Shown in pieces: positions 19,279-28,861 of a DNA stretch of 64,000 nt; within the stretch, counting starts at the first letter, position 1; the number at the start of each line of letters is the position of its first letter. Below the pieces are notes generated by a model. The model searched no databases. It was not told the DNA's origin and saw only the letters and a list, made by a program, of their open reading frames with translations. This DNA is from a virus. The translations under genes were made by a program, and so were the position numbers. The stretch covers positions 1 through 64,000 of IMG/VR virus record IMGVR_UViG_3300046318_000165; one strand, written 5' to 3'.

Positions 19279-20513
19279 TGCCATATTCAGTAGGTGCTCA
19301 AGGATCATATGGATGTTCAGGATATCCAGTAGTAAAAGAAGGTGGCGAAGTAATGGGTTGCCACAAAACAGAAGCAGAAGCAATGAATCAAGTTCAAGCT
19401 TTGTATGCTTCAGAGGCAGACAAGTCTGATACAAGCGTTAATCCATCATCAACAGCAGATCCACTATATCCAAATGTTGGGGTAAGAACACCAACCTCTA
19501 TGAGTAATGCTACAAGACAAAGAGGAAAAATGAAAATTCGTAAGCCAAAAAGACGTTCACAGCCTGGTAGTGGCACAAATGCATCTGGTTCTGTTAATAG
19601 TGGTGGCACTTCAATTAGTGCTATGTATAAAGGCGAAGGCATTGTTGAAGGTGACTTTGTAAGAGGAATGACAACCGAAGGTATGGTTGTCGGTCTTGTT
19701 GAACATGTAATGACTGAGGGTGGAGTATATGGAATAAGAGGCACAGAGTATGCTATCCAATCTACACCAGAAAATCCAGCAATGGCTGTAAGAGTTTTTG
19801 AAGAAGATGAAGGTGTATGGGAAGCAACAGCATACTCAATTGGAATGCTAATGTCTGATGCAGAAAAGATTCCAGAACCTGAAATGGAAATTGAAGAAGT
19901 AGAAGAAGATGTAGAGAAAGCTGGCTATGCTCCTACAGCTGGAATGAAGACTGCTGCTGCTCGTGCTATCCGATGGAAAGAAGAAGGCAAAGCAACAGGT
20001 GCAGGAACTCCAGTTGGCTGGGGTAGAGCAAGAGATATCGTAGCAGGACGCTCAATGTCTCTTAGTGTTGTTAAGCGTATGTACTCATTCTTCTCACGTC
20101 ACGAAGTAGATAAAAAGGGTAAAGATTTTTATAACACTAGCAATCCTAGTAATGGTCGTATCATGTGGGATGCTTGGGGTGGAGATGCTGGCTTCTCTTG
20201 GAGTCGTGGCATTGTAAACAGAGAAACAGATAAGACATTGTTTGCTGATTTTGGAAAAGATTACTCAATGCACGAAACACTTTTTGCTAAGGGCATCAGT
20301 GTTGGAGATACAGTTTCATGGTCTTCTTCTGGTGGAACAGCAACAGGAAAAGTTATTAGAATTATCAGAGATGGTAAGTATAAGGTTCCAGGTTCTAGTT
20401 TTACAATCACTGGCACAACAGATGATCCAGCGGTTGCAATTAGAATTTATCAAGATGGAAAACCAACAGATACAGTTGTTGGACACAAACTAAGCACATT
20501 AAGGAAAAAATAA
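19278..20513 (+). CDS. Multidomain phage protein with C-terminal Tudor-like (DUF2945-type) domain
   Basis: RMYSFFSRHEVDK..WDAWGGD domain; GDTVSWSSSGGTATGKV C-terminus. Confidence 0.55.
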   Translation: MPYSVGAQGSYGCSGYPVVKEGGEVMGCHKTEAEAMNQVQALYASEADKSDTSVNPSSTADPLYPNVGVRTPTSMSNATRQRGKMKIRKPKRRSQPGSGTNASGSVNSGGTSISAMYKGEGIVEGDFVRGMTTEGMVVGLVEHVMTEGGVYGIRGTEYAIQSTPENPAMAVRVFEEDEGVWEATAYSIGMLMSDAEKIPEPEMEIEEVEEDVEKAGYAPTAGMKTAAARAIRWKEEGKATGAGTPVGWGRARDIVAGRSMSLSVVKRMYSFFSRHEVDKKGKDFYNTSNPSNGRIMWDAWGGDAGFSWSRGIVNRETDKTLFADFGKDYSMHETLFAKGISVGDTVSWSSSGGTATGKVIRIIRDGKYKVPGSSFTITGTTDDPAVAIRIYQDGKPTDTVVGHKLSTLRKK

Positions 20514-20764
20514 TGCAAGAACTGCTACACTTTACTGCTGACTGGTGTCAGCCATGTAAGAAAATGGCTCCAATGATTGATGAATTTATTTCTAACAATC
20601 CAGAAATTATTTATACAAAGATTGATGTTGATACAGACTCAGCATTTGTTGAAGAGTATGAGATCCGTGGTGTTCCAACATTCATTATTAAAAATGATGG
20701 AGAGGTTGTGAATCGTCACACAGGCGTAGCAACTGCTGATAAGTTTGCTACACTATTTAATTAA
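20513..20764 (+). CDS. Thioredoxin
   Basis: FTADWCQPCK, IRGVPT. Confidence 0.9.
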   Translation: MQELLHFTADWCQPCKKMAPMIDEFISNNPEIIYTKIDVDTDSAFVEEYEIRGVPTFIIKNDGEVVNRHTGVATADKFATLFN

Positions 20765-20853
20765 TTTTTAATTAACCTTCTATTAACTAAGTTAATTAAT
20801 TACTACCCTATAATTAATTATGCGATAAATTACGCATAAAACAAGGAGATAAA

Positions 20854-21894
20854 ATGAAAAACAAACTATCATTTGCAGTAGCCGTAGCTTTAGTATCAAC
20901 ACTAATTCTAGGAGTATCAGCAAATGCTGAGACTACTCAAATAACAGGACAAGGATCAAGTTTTGCAGGTAACATTATTACTACCTGTTCAACAACTTAT
21001 CCAGGTTCATCCGTAGCATATTCTGCTACAGGTTCAGGAACAGGCAGAACAGCTTTTTTAAATAATCTAAATGATTTTGTTGCAAGCGATGTTCCATATG
21101 GACAAGCTGATAAGCAACCAGCAGCAGATAGCTTTACATACATTCCAGTAATTGGTGGTGCAGTAGCATTCATTTACAACCTTCCATCAGCATATGGAAT
21201 TAAAGCTTTGAAGCTTACCTCAAAAGTAGCATCTAATATCTTTAATGGAACTATTACTAAGTGGAATGATGCAAGTATTGTAGCACTTAATCCAACAGCT
21301 AAACTACCAGCAAAAGATATCAAGGTATTTTATCGTGGATCTTCTTCTGGTACAACACAAAATGTTGCTAAGTATTTTATTGCTAATGGCAACACTACTT
21401 GGACTGACAATGGAGGATATTCAACAGCTATTGGAAAAGAAATTCCAGGAAACTTCAACTCTGCTGGAACATCAGCCTTGTTGGTAGATGGTGTAGATGA
21501 TACATCGTTCTCAATTGGGTATGTAGATCTATCTGACGCTGTTTCACGACAGGTTTCTTATGCACTTCTTAAGAATCAATATGGTCAGTTTATTAAGCCA
21601 TCCGTTACCTCAGCATCTTTGTTCTTAAAGGCTCAGACTGTTTCATCAAACGGTATTGTAAACATTAACTTCAAGGCAAAGGTAAAAGGTGGATACAATC
21701 TATCAATCATTACCTATGTATTAGCTTATACAGGTCCTGCACAAAAAGATGCTGTAAAGCAATCAAAGGTTAATGGTTTTGTTAAGTATATCCTAAAGTC
21801 TTGTGGACTTGCTAAAGGTTCAAAGCTAGGATATGTAGCACTGTCTGGCAAAGTTAAAGACAAGGCTCTTGCATTATCTGATAAAATTAAATAA
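20854..21894 (+). CDS. pstS: Phosphate ABC transporter substrate-binding protein
   Basis: Signal peptide; GQGSSF, TGSGTG, ASD, ITKWND..LNP..LP, RGSSSGTT, SIGYV. Confidence 0.9.
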   Translation: MKNKLSFAVAVALVSTLILGVSANAETTQITGQGSSFAGNIITTCSTTYPGSSVAYSATGSGTGRTAFLNNLNDFVASDVPYGQADKQPAADSFTYIPVIGGAVAFIYNLPSAYGIKALKLTSKVASNIFNGTITKWNDASIVALNPTAKLPAKDIKVFYRGSSSGTTQNVAKYFIANGNTTWTDNGGYSTAIGKEIPGNFNSAGTSALLVDGVDDTSFSIGYVDLSDAVSRQVSYALLKNQYGQFIKPSVTSASLFLKAQTVSSNGIVNINFKAKVKGGYNLSIITYVLAYTGPAQKDAVKQSKVNGFVKYILKSCGLAKGSKLGYVALSGKVKDKALALSDKIK

Positions 21895-22214
21895 ACAATA
21901 AAAAGTTTCCCCTCTCCTAGCATCACTCAACGATATTTCACTGGAGAGGGGATTTTTTATTGACAACATAATGCTATTCCTGTATAATAGATAAGTAACG
22001 AACAAAGGGAGAATGTGGCAACTTATACAAGTACTCTGCTTAGAAGCAGGGAAGAAAAAGATATGGTAAAAGAAGAAGTTTACGCAGAACGAGATAGGAT
22101 TATCTCAATAATTAAAAATGAGATGCATAAGATGCAAACTCCAGAGCTTCAGTGCTACTGTGATCGTTGTCAAGACCTTACAAACCTAATTATAACTATA
22201 TTAAAGGAGAAACG

Positions 22215-22502
22215 TTGATTCAACCACTAGAGGATCGTGTGATTCTACAAAAAGAAAAGACTGCTGAAAATGTGTCCAGCTTCGGACTAATACTTACTAC
22301 GGAGGATGATTCCTCTAAAGCAAAGGTGATAGCAGTAGGACAGGGAAGACTGCTTCCAAATGGAAAACGTGCAGAAATGGATGTTGCAATTGGTGACACT
22401 GTTCTGTATAATAAATATGCAATACAAGAAATTGAACATGATGGTGAAGACTATATGATTATCTTTACCAAGGACATCCTTGCCATTCTTGGCGAAGAAT
22501 AG
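22215..22502 (+). CDS. groES: Co-chaperonin GroES (likely TTG start)
   Basis: IQPLEDRV, VIAVGQG, VAIGDTVLYNKY, DILAIL. Confidence 0.9.
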   Translation: MIQPLEDRVILQKEKTAENVSSFGLILTTEDDSSKAKVIAVGQGRLLPNGKRAEMDVAIGDTVLYNKYAIQEIEHDGEDYMIIFTKDILAILGEE

Positions 22503-22690
22503 GAATAACTAATGCACGAAGAAGCATTGCTAGATGTAGTGTTTGGTATTAATCATATGATTGCAGAGTTTTTCTGGAATCTAGTATTTGCAGCTGTCTT
22601 ATTTGTGTTCTCAAAAGCGAGGGCATTGCGTAAGATTCACAAATACGTTGATGATAAGCATGGTGTAAAGCACCAGGAAAGCGAGTACTA

Positions 22691-23380
22691 ATGAGTACTA
22701 TTAATGTTTTAGATAAAGGATATGTTCGTCTAGTAGATACACTAGGTAGCGACCTATCAGTAGTAAATGCTGCTCGTGTTTCCTATGATAAAGAGACAGA
22801 AGAATTCGGATCAAAAGATGAAAAACTTATTAAGTTCCTTATCCGTGAGGGACATACTAGCCCTTTCCGCCATGCAGCAATCACCTTTGAGGTCTATGCA
22901 CCTTTATTCGTTGCAAGGCAATGGTGGAAATACGCAGTAGCTTCTACTCATATTGACGATCAGAATGGTTGGAACGAATCTTCTCGCCGTTACATTACAG
23001 AGTCTGAGGAGTTCTATATCCCCAGTGCATCGTCTTGGCGTAGTAAGCCTGAGAATAGCAAGCAGGGTAGTGGTGAACCAATTCACTTTAGTCTAGGTAG
23101 TCACTACACTAATAAGCTTAATGAGCTTGTAAACCTAAGTACAGAACTTTATCACGAGGCAATGAGCGATAACGTTGCACCAGAGATTGCTCGTCTATTC
23201 TTACCAGCATACGGCATGTATGTTCGCTGGCGTTGGACGGTATCTCTACAAGGTGTTATGACATTCCTAGAACAGCGTCTAGAACATGATGCTCAAAAGG
23301 AAATACAAGAATATGCTTTTGCTGTTAAGGATTTGACATCACATGCTTTCCCACAAACATTTAAGGCATTTCACGAATGA
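22691..23380 (+). CDS. thyX: Flavin-dependent thymidylate synthase
   Basis: VNAARVSY, GHTSPF, NESSRRY, EIARLFLP, AQKEI. Confidence 0.93.
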   Translation: MSTINVLDKGYVRLVDTLGSDLSVVNAARVSYDKETEEFGSKDEKLIKFLIREGHTSPFRHAAITFEVYAPLFVARQWWKYAVASTHIDDQNGWNESSRRYITESEEFYIPSASSWRSKPENSKQGSGEPIHFSLGSHYTNKLNELVNLSTELYHEAMSDNVAPEIARLFLPAYGMYVRWRWTVSLQGVMTFLEQRLEHDAQKEIQEYAFAVKDLTSHAFPQTFKAFHE

Positions 23381-23916
23381 TTATTGGTTTAAGTGGTTAT
23401 GCTCAAGTAGGCAAAGATACCGTTGCAAACTATCTTGTTGAACATTATGGTTTTGTAAAGGTATCGTTTGCTGATCCTATTAGAGAAGCTTTATATCGTC
23501 TCAACCCTAACATTGCTATTGGTGAATTTGCATCTGCAAGTCTTGCTAGTGCAGTTGATCATATGGGATGGGAAGAGGTAAAACGTTCCTCCAGCGAGGC
23601 TAGGAGCCTCCTACAGAGGTTTGGCACTGAAGTAGGTCGTGATATGTTCGGTAAAGATTTTTGGGTGAACCAGGCACTGTTAAGGGCTAAAGAACATGAG
23701 AATGTAGTATTTGCTGATACTCGTTTTGAGAATGAAGCAGAAGCTATTCAGGCTAATGGTGGTCAAGTATGGCGTATTGAAAAATACGGTCATGGTCCAG
23801 TAAATGGACATCCATCTGAAACTGCATTAGATAAGTATGCATTCAATTGGGCTTTTGCTAATTCTGGAAGTAAAGAAGACTTATATCAAATTATTGATGA
23901 AATAATGATTGATTAA
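23377..23916 (+). CDS. Deoxynucleoside monophosphate kinase
   Basis: IIGLSGYAQVGKDT, FADP, LQRFGTE, DTRFENE, HPSE. Confidence 0.88.
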   Translation: MIIGLSGYAQVGKDTVANYLVEHYGFVKVSFADPIREALYRLNPNIAIGEFASASLASAVDHMGWEEVKRSSSEARSLLQRFGTEVGRDMFGKDFWVNQALLRAKEHENVVFADTRFENEAEAIQANGGQVWRIEKYGHGPVNGHPSETALDKYAFNWAFANSGSKEDLYQIIDEIMID

Positions 23917-23921
23917 GGTTT

Positions 23922-23998
23922 GGGGTGTTAACTCAGCTGGTTAGAGTAGCAGACTCATAATCTGTCAGTCGTGGGTTCAAGTCCCACACACCCCACCA
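23922..23998 (+). tRNA. tRNA-CAT (elongator Met or Ile2) with encoded CCA
   Basis: Acceptor GGGGTGT/ACACCCC, loop CTCATAA. Confidence 0.9.
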
Positions 23999-23999
23999 C

Positions 24000-24072
24000 G
24001 CTCCTATAGCTCAGTTGGTAGAGCTACGGACTTTTAATCCGCAGGTCGTAGGTTCAAGTCCTACTGGGAGCA
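24000..24072 (+). tRNA. tRNA-Lys(TTT)
   Basis: Acceptor GCTCCTA/TGGGAGC, loop CTTTTAA. Confidence 0.92.
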
Positions 24073-24076
24073 CTAA

Positions 24077-24149
24077 CCCTTCGTAGCTCAGTGGATAGAG
24101 CAAGAGCCTTCTAATCTCTTGGTCGTAGGTTCGATTCCTACCGAGGGGA
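24077..24149 (+). tRNA. tRNA-Arg(TCT)
   Basis: Acceptor CCCTTCG/CGAGGGG, loop CTTCTAA. Confidence 0.9.
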
Positions 24150-24836
24150 CTCATAAATACTAGGATCAGGAAACATATCCTTTAAAACATCTTCTAGCAA
24201 CATATCAAATGAATCATCCTCGCTGGATAAAAAGGGGTAGCGTAAGTTTGTATAATCATATGAATAAGATTGTTGATGTTCATTGTTATATACTTTAACA
24301 TCATTCATTTGCTCTCCACCAATACCGTGAATGTTTCCATATAATGATCTCCACAAATGTGGTAACTTAATTAATTTAATTAGTTTTTCTTTGTTCATAA
24401 CCATAGGAACATGGAGTTCGTAATCAAGTGGTTCCTCAATCTTGTATTGCCTTCTTAAAAAATGATATGTGTTTTCTAAAAGATCTATATAAGAGTTTTT
24501 GCCACCGTGTTGAATTGTTCTTTCATCTATCTTATGTTTTAGAGTTCCATTAATAAAACTATTTAAACTCTCAACTGGCTTAACAATATAAAAATCATCA
24601 TTCATTAAAATAAAATCATTAGATATTTCTGAGCTTAAACAGGCTTGATAAATATTCATTCTAACAGTTCTATATTTTGTATTTTGCTGTGTCACTTCTA
24701 GAAAGTTACCAGAATACCAGCTAGGTTTGCTGCCAACTACCCATAAACTATCATGCGGTAAATTCTTAACTGCTGATCTAATTGAATATCTTAATTCTTC
24801 ATTTGGTCCAGGTTTGCAAAAATAAACTAAGTCCAT
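24138..24836 (-). CDS. Stealth-family-like (sugar phosphotransferase) protein
   Basis: EELRYSIRS, KPSW, FILMNDDF, LHVPM. Confidence 0.6.
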   Translation of the reverse strand: MDLVYFCKPGPNEELRYSIRSAVKNLPHDSLWVVGSKPSWYSGNFLEVTQQNTKYRTVRMNIYQACLSSEISNDFILMNDDFYIVKPVESLNSFINGTLKHKIDERTIQHGGKNSYIDLLENTYHFLRRQYKIEEPLDYELHVPMVMNKEKLIKLIKLPHLWRSLYGNIHGIGGEQMNDVKVYNNEHQQSYSYDYTNLRYPFLSSEDDSFDMLLEDVLKDMFPDPSIYESPR

Positions 24837-24886
24837 TACACTCTTTCTTCTATATCAATTATAGCATTAGTGGTATAATTGTATTG

Positions 24887-25162
24887 ATGGTAAAGTCTAA
24901 AAAGCACCGTCAAGAGTGTGCTTTAGTATTAGAACAGATGCACCTTCTCAAGGAGAAGCGTGGATGTTATGACTGCCGAAACAAGTATCCACACTATGTG
25001 TTAGAGTTTGACCATAGACCAGGGGAAGTTAAAATAGATAATGTTACTCGTGTTCTAAAGAACTATGGCATAGAAATGGCTTGGAAAGAAGTAGCCAAGT
25101 GTGATGTAGTATGTTCGAACTGTCATAAGATTAGAACTTATGCAAGAGAACACAATATTTAA
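24887..25162 (+). CDS. HNH-type Zn-finger endonuclease-like protein
   Basis: CYDC..FDH..CDVVCSNCHKIRT. Confidence 0.7.
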   Translation: MVKSKKHRQECALVLEQMHLLKEKRGCYDCRNKYPHYVLEFDHRPGEVKIDNVTRVLKNYGIEMAWKEVAKCDVVCSNCHKIRTYAREHNI

Positions 25163-25339
25163 TCATCGTCTGCTAGACGCTCATAAGCCCAACCAAGAAC
25201 AGTTGCTGCAATAATATCATTGGCTTTATCTTTTTCCATAATTAGATTACGAAGCTTTGCAAAGAAAATAATTCTTTGATCATCTAAACCTTGTTGATAA
25301 AGTTCAGGAATGTTATCCATTCACTAATTATATCAGTTA

Positions 25340-25954
25340 TTATGAAGCAGAAATGTATGAACCATTGATATAGAATCTACTTGCAGTAGTTAATGTATCT
25401 GGAGCACCTTGCTTAAATTGCTGTTCAATAACTGCTTGGTTTGCTGGTCCAGCCTTTAAATAATGTAGATCAAGTGATGTTGAGTTTGGAAGATGATCTG
25501 CAACAAGAATGTGGTGTCCTGCAACATCTGGATCTTCTGCTGGATTTACCCAAAGCCAGGAATGGAAGTGGTTTGATGTACCAGCAAGAGGAGCATAAGG
25601 AAGTTCAACCTTATATTGACCTGTTCCAAAATTTGTAACGGTAGTTAGATCAACAGCAATCCAGAATGTAACCATTTGTCCAAATTTAGTATAGTATGAG
25701 TTATAAGTTGGATAGGTTGTACTAGTTCCAGTAAAAGCTAGTCCTGTAGCTGAAAATGTAGGGGACCATCTTGTTGATGTTGGTAATGCTGGAATATCAC
25801 CAATAGTAGCAATTGTATTATTTGGATTTGAAGAATCATCTATAAAACTTCCACCAGAACCTGCTAGAGTAATTTTTCCACCAGAGAGTGCTGTAATGCT
25901 TATGTCTCCATAAGCAAATAAACTAGATTGAGAAGAAGGAGAGAATCTAGCCAT
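25340..25954 (-). CDS. Tail-fibre-like beta-rich protein
   Basis: WSPTF..YTKFGQMVTF..ELP..INGSY pattern typical of fibre C-terminal domains. Confidence 0.5.
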   Translation of the reverse strand: MARFSPSSQSSLFAYGDISITALSGGKITLAGSGGSFIDDSSNPNNTIATIGDIPALPTSTRWSPTFSATGLAFTGTSTTYPTYNSYYTKFGQMVTFWIAVDLTTVTNFGTGQYKVELPYAPLAGTSNHFHSWLWVNPAEDPDVAGHHILVADHLPNSTSLDLHYLKAGPANQAVIEQQFKQGAPDTLTTASRFYINGSYISAS

Positions 25955-26261
25955 TATTTACCAGTCTCCAGGTGAGCACGAAGAACTGCTACGTATGTGC
26001 CATTTTGATCAGTAGTAACATAAAGATCATCCTGACCAGATAGTTCAATAGAGAATGCAGTTCCTGCATCGATGCGGTATCCGAAGTCTTCACTATTTAC
26101 TCCAGCACCTCCAATATAAATTGGAAAAGAGTTGATATTTTGAATAGTGATATCAAAGCCAGAATCAAGTCCAGCTGTTAGGTTCTGAACATTGCCAGAC
26201 ATTAGGTAGTACAAATTATGTGTAATCATACTTCTATTATACACTAGATGTATAATTAATC

Positions 26262-26939
26262 ATGCAAGTTTTACTAAATACATCAAATACAAAAGCAGTA
26301 ATGTTTGATAAACAAACTGATATTGTATTTCTATCTTTTACAAGTTTATTAGGTGATGACTTTGATCCAAATGATGACGAACAAACTTTTATGGATTTTA
26401 AATCACTTTCATCATCATACACAACAATCTATATTACAGATAAAACAATGTCCTGGGCAAATAATGTTGAGTGGGAATTATTAGCAAAAACTATAAAACC
26501 ATATATTGACAACAAATATGTAGTTGCTATTGGATTATCTATGGGGGCATTTAATGCAATCATAAGTTCTAATTTTATTAATATAAATAGAGTTGTAGCT
26601 TTTAATCCACAATATACAATTAATACCAGGATATTTCCTAAAACAGGATATGCTCAATGGGCAAAGAAAATACGAAGGTGGAGATTTCCAACAGTACTTT
26701 ATGGATTCAAAAAACATACAGAGTATATAGTGGTTGTTGGAGAGATAGATATTGGAGATACAATGTTCTTACACAAGTTTCCAAAGTCAGTTAATATAGT
26801 TAATTTTGGAGAACATTATGGACATAATCTTCCTAAAGATTTAAAAGATAGAGGAGTTCTACAATCTTTTTTAAGTTTAGTTGCAGATCAAGATATATCT
26901 GAAATATATAAGTTTAGAGATTTGCACTCTACTTATTAA
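26262..26939 (+). CDS. Alpha/beta-hydrolase-fold protein
   Basis: GLSMG nucleophile elbow, AFNPQ, C-terminal GH. Confidence 0.6.
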   Translation: MQVLLNTSNTKAVMFDKQTDIVFLSFTSLLGDDFDPNDDEQTFMDFKSLSSSYTTIYITDKTMSWANNVEWELLAKTIKPYIDNKYVVAIGLSMGAFNAIISSNFININRVVAFNPQYTINTRIFPKTGYAQWAKKIRRWRFPTVLYGFKKHTEYIVVVGEIDIGDTMFLHKFPKSVNIVNFGEHYGHNLPKDLKDRGVLQSFLSLVADQDISEIYKFRDLHSTY

Positions 26940-27303
26940 AGATGTCCCAGGTTTGCCAACTCTTGTCAATCGTGGCTGGATCTTTTGTGGGAATTCCGTA
27001 TTTGCTATAAGCACGTCTTGCACCAGGATTATCATCAATGGCTAGAGATACCTTTGCATTAAGGCGAGAAGCTACTTCAGACTTGTGCTTGTTGGAGTCC
27101 CTAGTTCCATATGGATTCATAATCAAACGGCTGTAGTGGACTCCAGCAGCTTGTAGTGCTGCTACTGTTCTTGCTCTTTGTGATTCTGGTCTACCAGTTA
27201 CAATAACCTTTTCACCCTTCTGAGCATTAAGCCAATCAATGACATGCCTAATAGGCTGAGTTCCATTTCTTAGCAGGGTATCGTCAATGTCGCAAATAAT
27301 CAT
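26929..27303 (-). CDS. HAD-superfamily phosphatase (PNKP phosphatase-like)
   Basis: DIDDTL, VTGR, K, IDDN. Confidence 0.8.
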   Translation of the reverse strand: MIICDIDDTLLRNGTQPIRHVIDWLNAQKGEKVIVTGRPESQRARTVAALQAAGVHYSRLIMNPYGTRDSNKHKSEVASRLNAKVSLAIDDNPGARRAYSKYGIPTKDPATIDKSWQTWDIFNK

Positions 27304-28372
27304 TCGTAATCCTTTAAGTATTCGCAAACACTACAAGTGCCATTGCATTCTTCACAGGTTGATGATTGTTCTTGTTTGCTCATACTATATTATACCACTT
27401 ATGATATACTTGAATATATGAATTGTTTAACATGTAATAATCCTATGGTAGAGATTTGGTATGGTATTCCCACATGGGGAGAGATTGAGTTATCTAAAAT
27501 GGAGCGTCTAGTTCTTGGCGGTCCAAAGAAAAAGGAATATACTCACTACTGCTTTACTTGTCAAGAAACATATCCAGAAATAGAAGTGCCCTATCACGAT
27601 TAGACGTGACAGGGACACTGACATTTAATTTTGTCTGTTGGTGTTTCTACAATACAGTCTTTATGATAACCATCTGAGCACCAACCTAATTTAAATATCT
27701 TTGGCTTACTCAATATTATTGCTTGATCTATTTACTCCAGTAATATAGCCATTCTTCCAGGCTTCTACTTCTTCTAGTGTAGGCTCTTTCTCAAGAGTAC
27801 TAAACCAATTTTCCATATCAATCTTTGCCTTGCGTCTAAAGCTTGCAAGTATACGCTCTTGCTTACGCTTATCAGATCTTCCCATTGATAATATCCTTTA
27901 CCTCTTGAATGTTTATTGACTTTCTATATTCCCCACCACTGGCAGCAGCTGCACGATTTAAAAGTATTTTGTTTAGCTCAATAACAATATCTCGTGCTAA
28001 GTCTTTTCTTCCCAGTTGATAGGATTTGTCTAAATATGCTTTAGCAGTTTGCTCTTCTATTTCCATGTATTAATTATCCCATAAAGTGTAGTCTATGTCA
28101 AGTATTGACAACCTATGATTTATAATGTACAATTTACTTATGAATAATTTTGAATCAAAGAATGTGCCAACATCTTATAAGCTGCTAATTGAAGGCAAGG
28201 AAGTTTCTGTGCCTGAAGATGAGTTTGCAATAGTAAGAATGTATCTTATTTCTAATCGGATTGAGTTCGAAATTTTAGAGGGCTGAAAGCTCGGCGGTAG
28301 GAATACCCATGCTTGACAAGCAAGCAAGTATCAAGTATAATTAATATATAAGGTCCATTAAACAGGAGATGT

Positions 28373-28861
28373 ATGCAAACCTTTCTACCATATGCCAGTT
28401 TTACTAAGACTGCAGAAGTTCTAGACAACAAACGACTCAATAAGCAAATACTTGAATGCTACCAAATTCTTAAGGTGCTATCTAGTGACGATCCTCATGC
28501 TGGATGGCGTAATCACCCTGCTGTAAAGATGTGGCGTGGTTTTGAGATGGGTCTATATCAGTATGCTATGGTTATGGTAGCAGAGGCTAACAGACGTGGC
28601 ATCAAGACAGAGAACAATGTTCGTAATCTAGAAGAACTTAATGACAGAGCCTACATGGATTGGGGCTATGGTCTTCCTTTCTGGATGGACGACAAGAAGA
28701 TTATGGCTAAGGTAACTACTACCCACAAAGCTAACCTATATCGTAAAGATAGCATTTATTATGCTGACTTCGTAAAGGCGGTAGTATCTAAGAACAACGA
28801 GCCTTGTTGCGAACGTTGTCAATACTACTGGGTAACACACAATACTAAGGAGACTGTATGA
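28373..28861 (+). CDS. Pyrimidine-dimer DNA glycosylase (endonuclease V)-family protein
   Basis: MQTFLPY..LDNKRLNKQILE..GWRNHPAVKMWRG. Confidence 0.8.
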   Translation: MQTFLPYASFTKTAEVLDNKRLNKQILECYQILKVLSSDDPHAGWRNHPAVKMWRGFEMGLYQYAMVMVAEANRRGIKTENNVRNLEELNDRAYMDWGYGLPFWMDDKKIMAKVTTTHKANLYRKDSIYYADFVKAVVSKNNEPCCERCQYYWVTHNTKETV

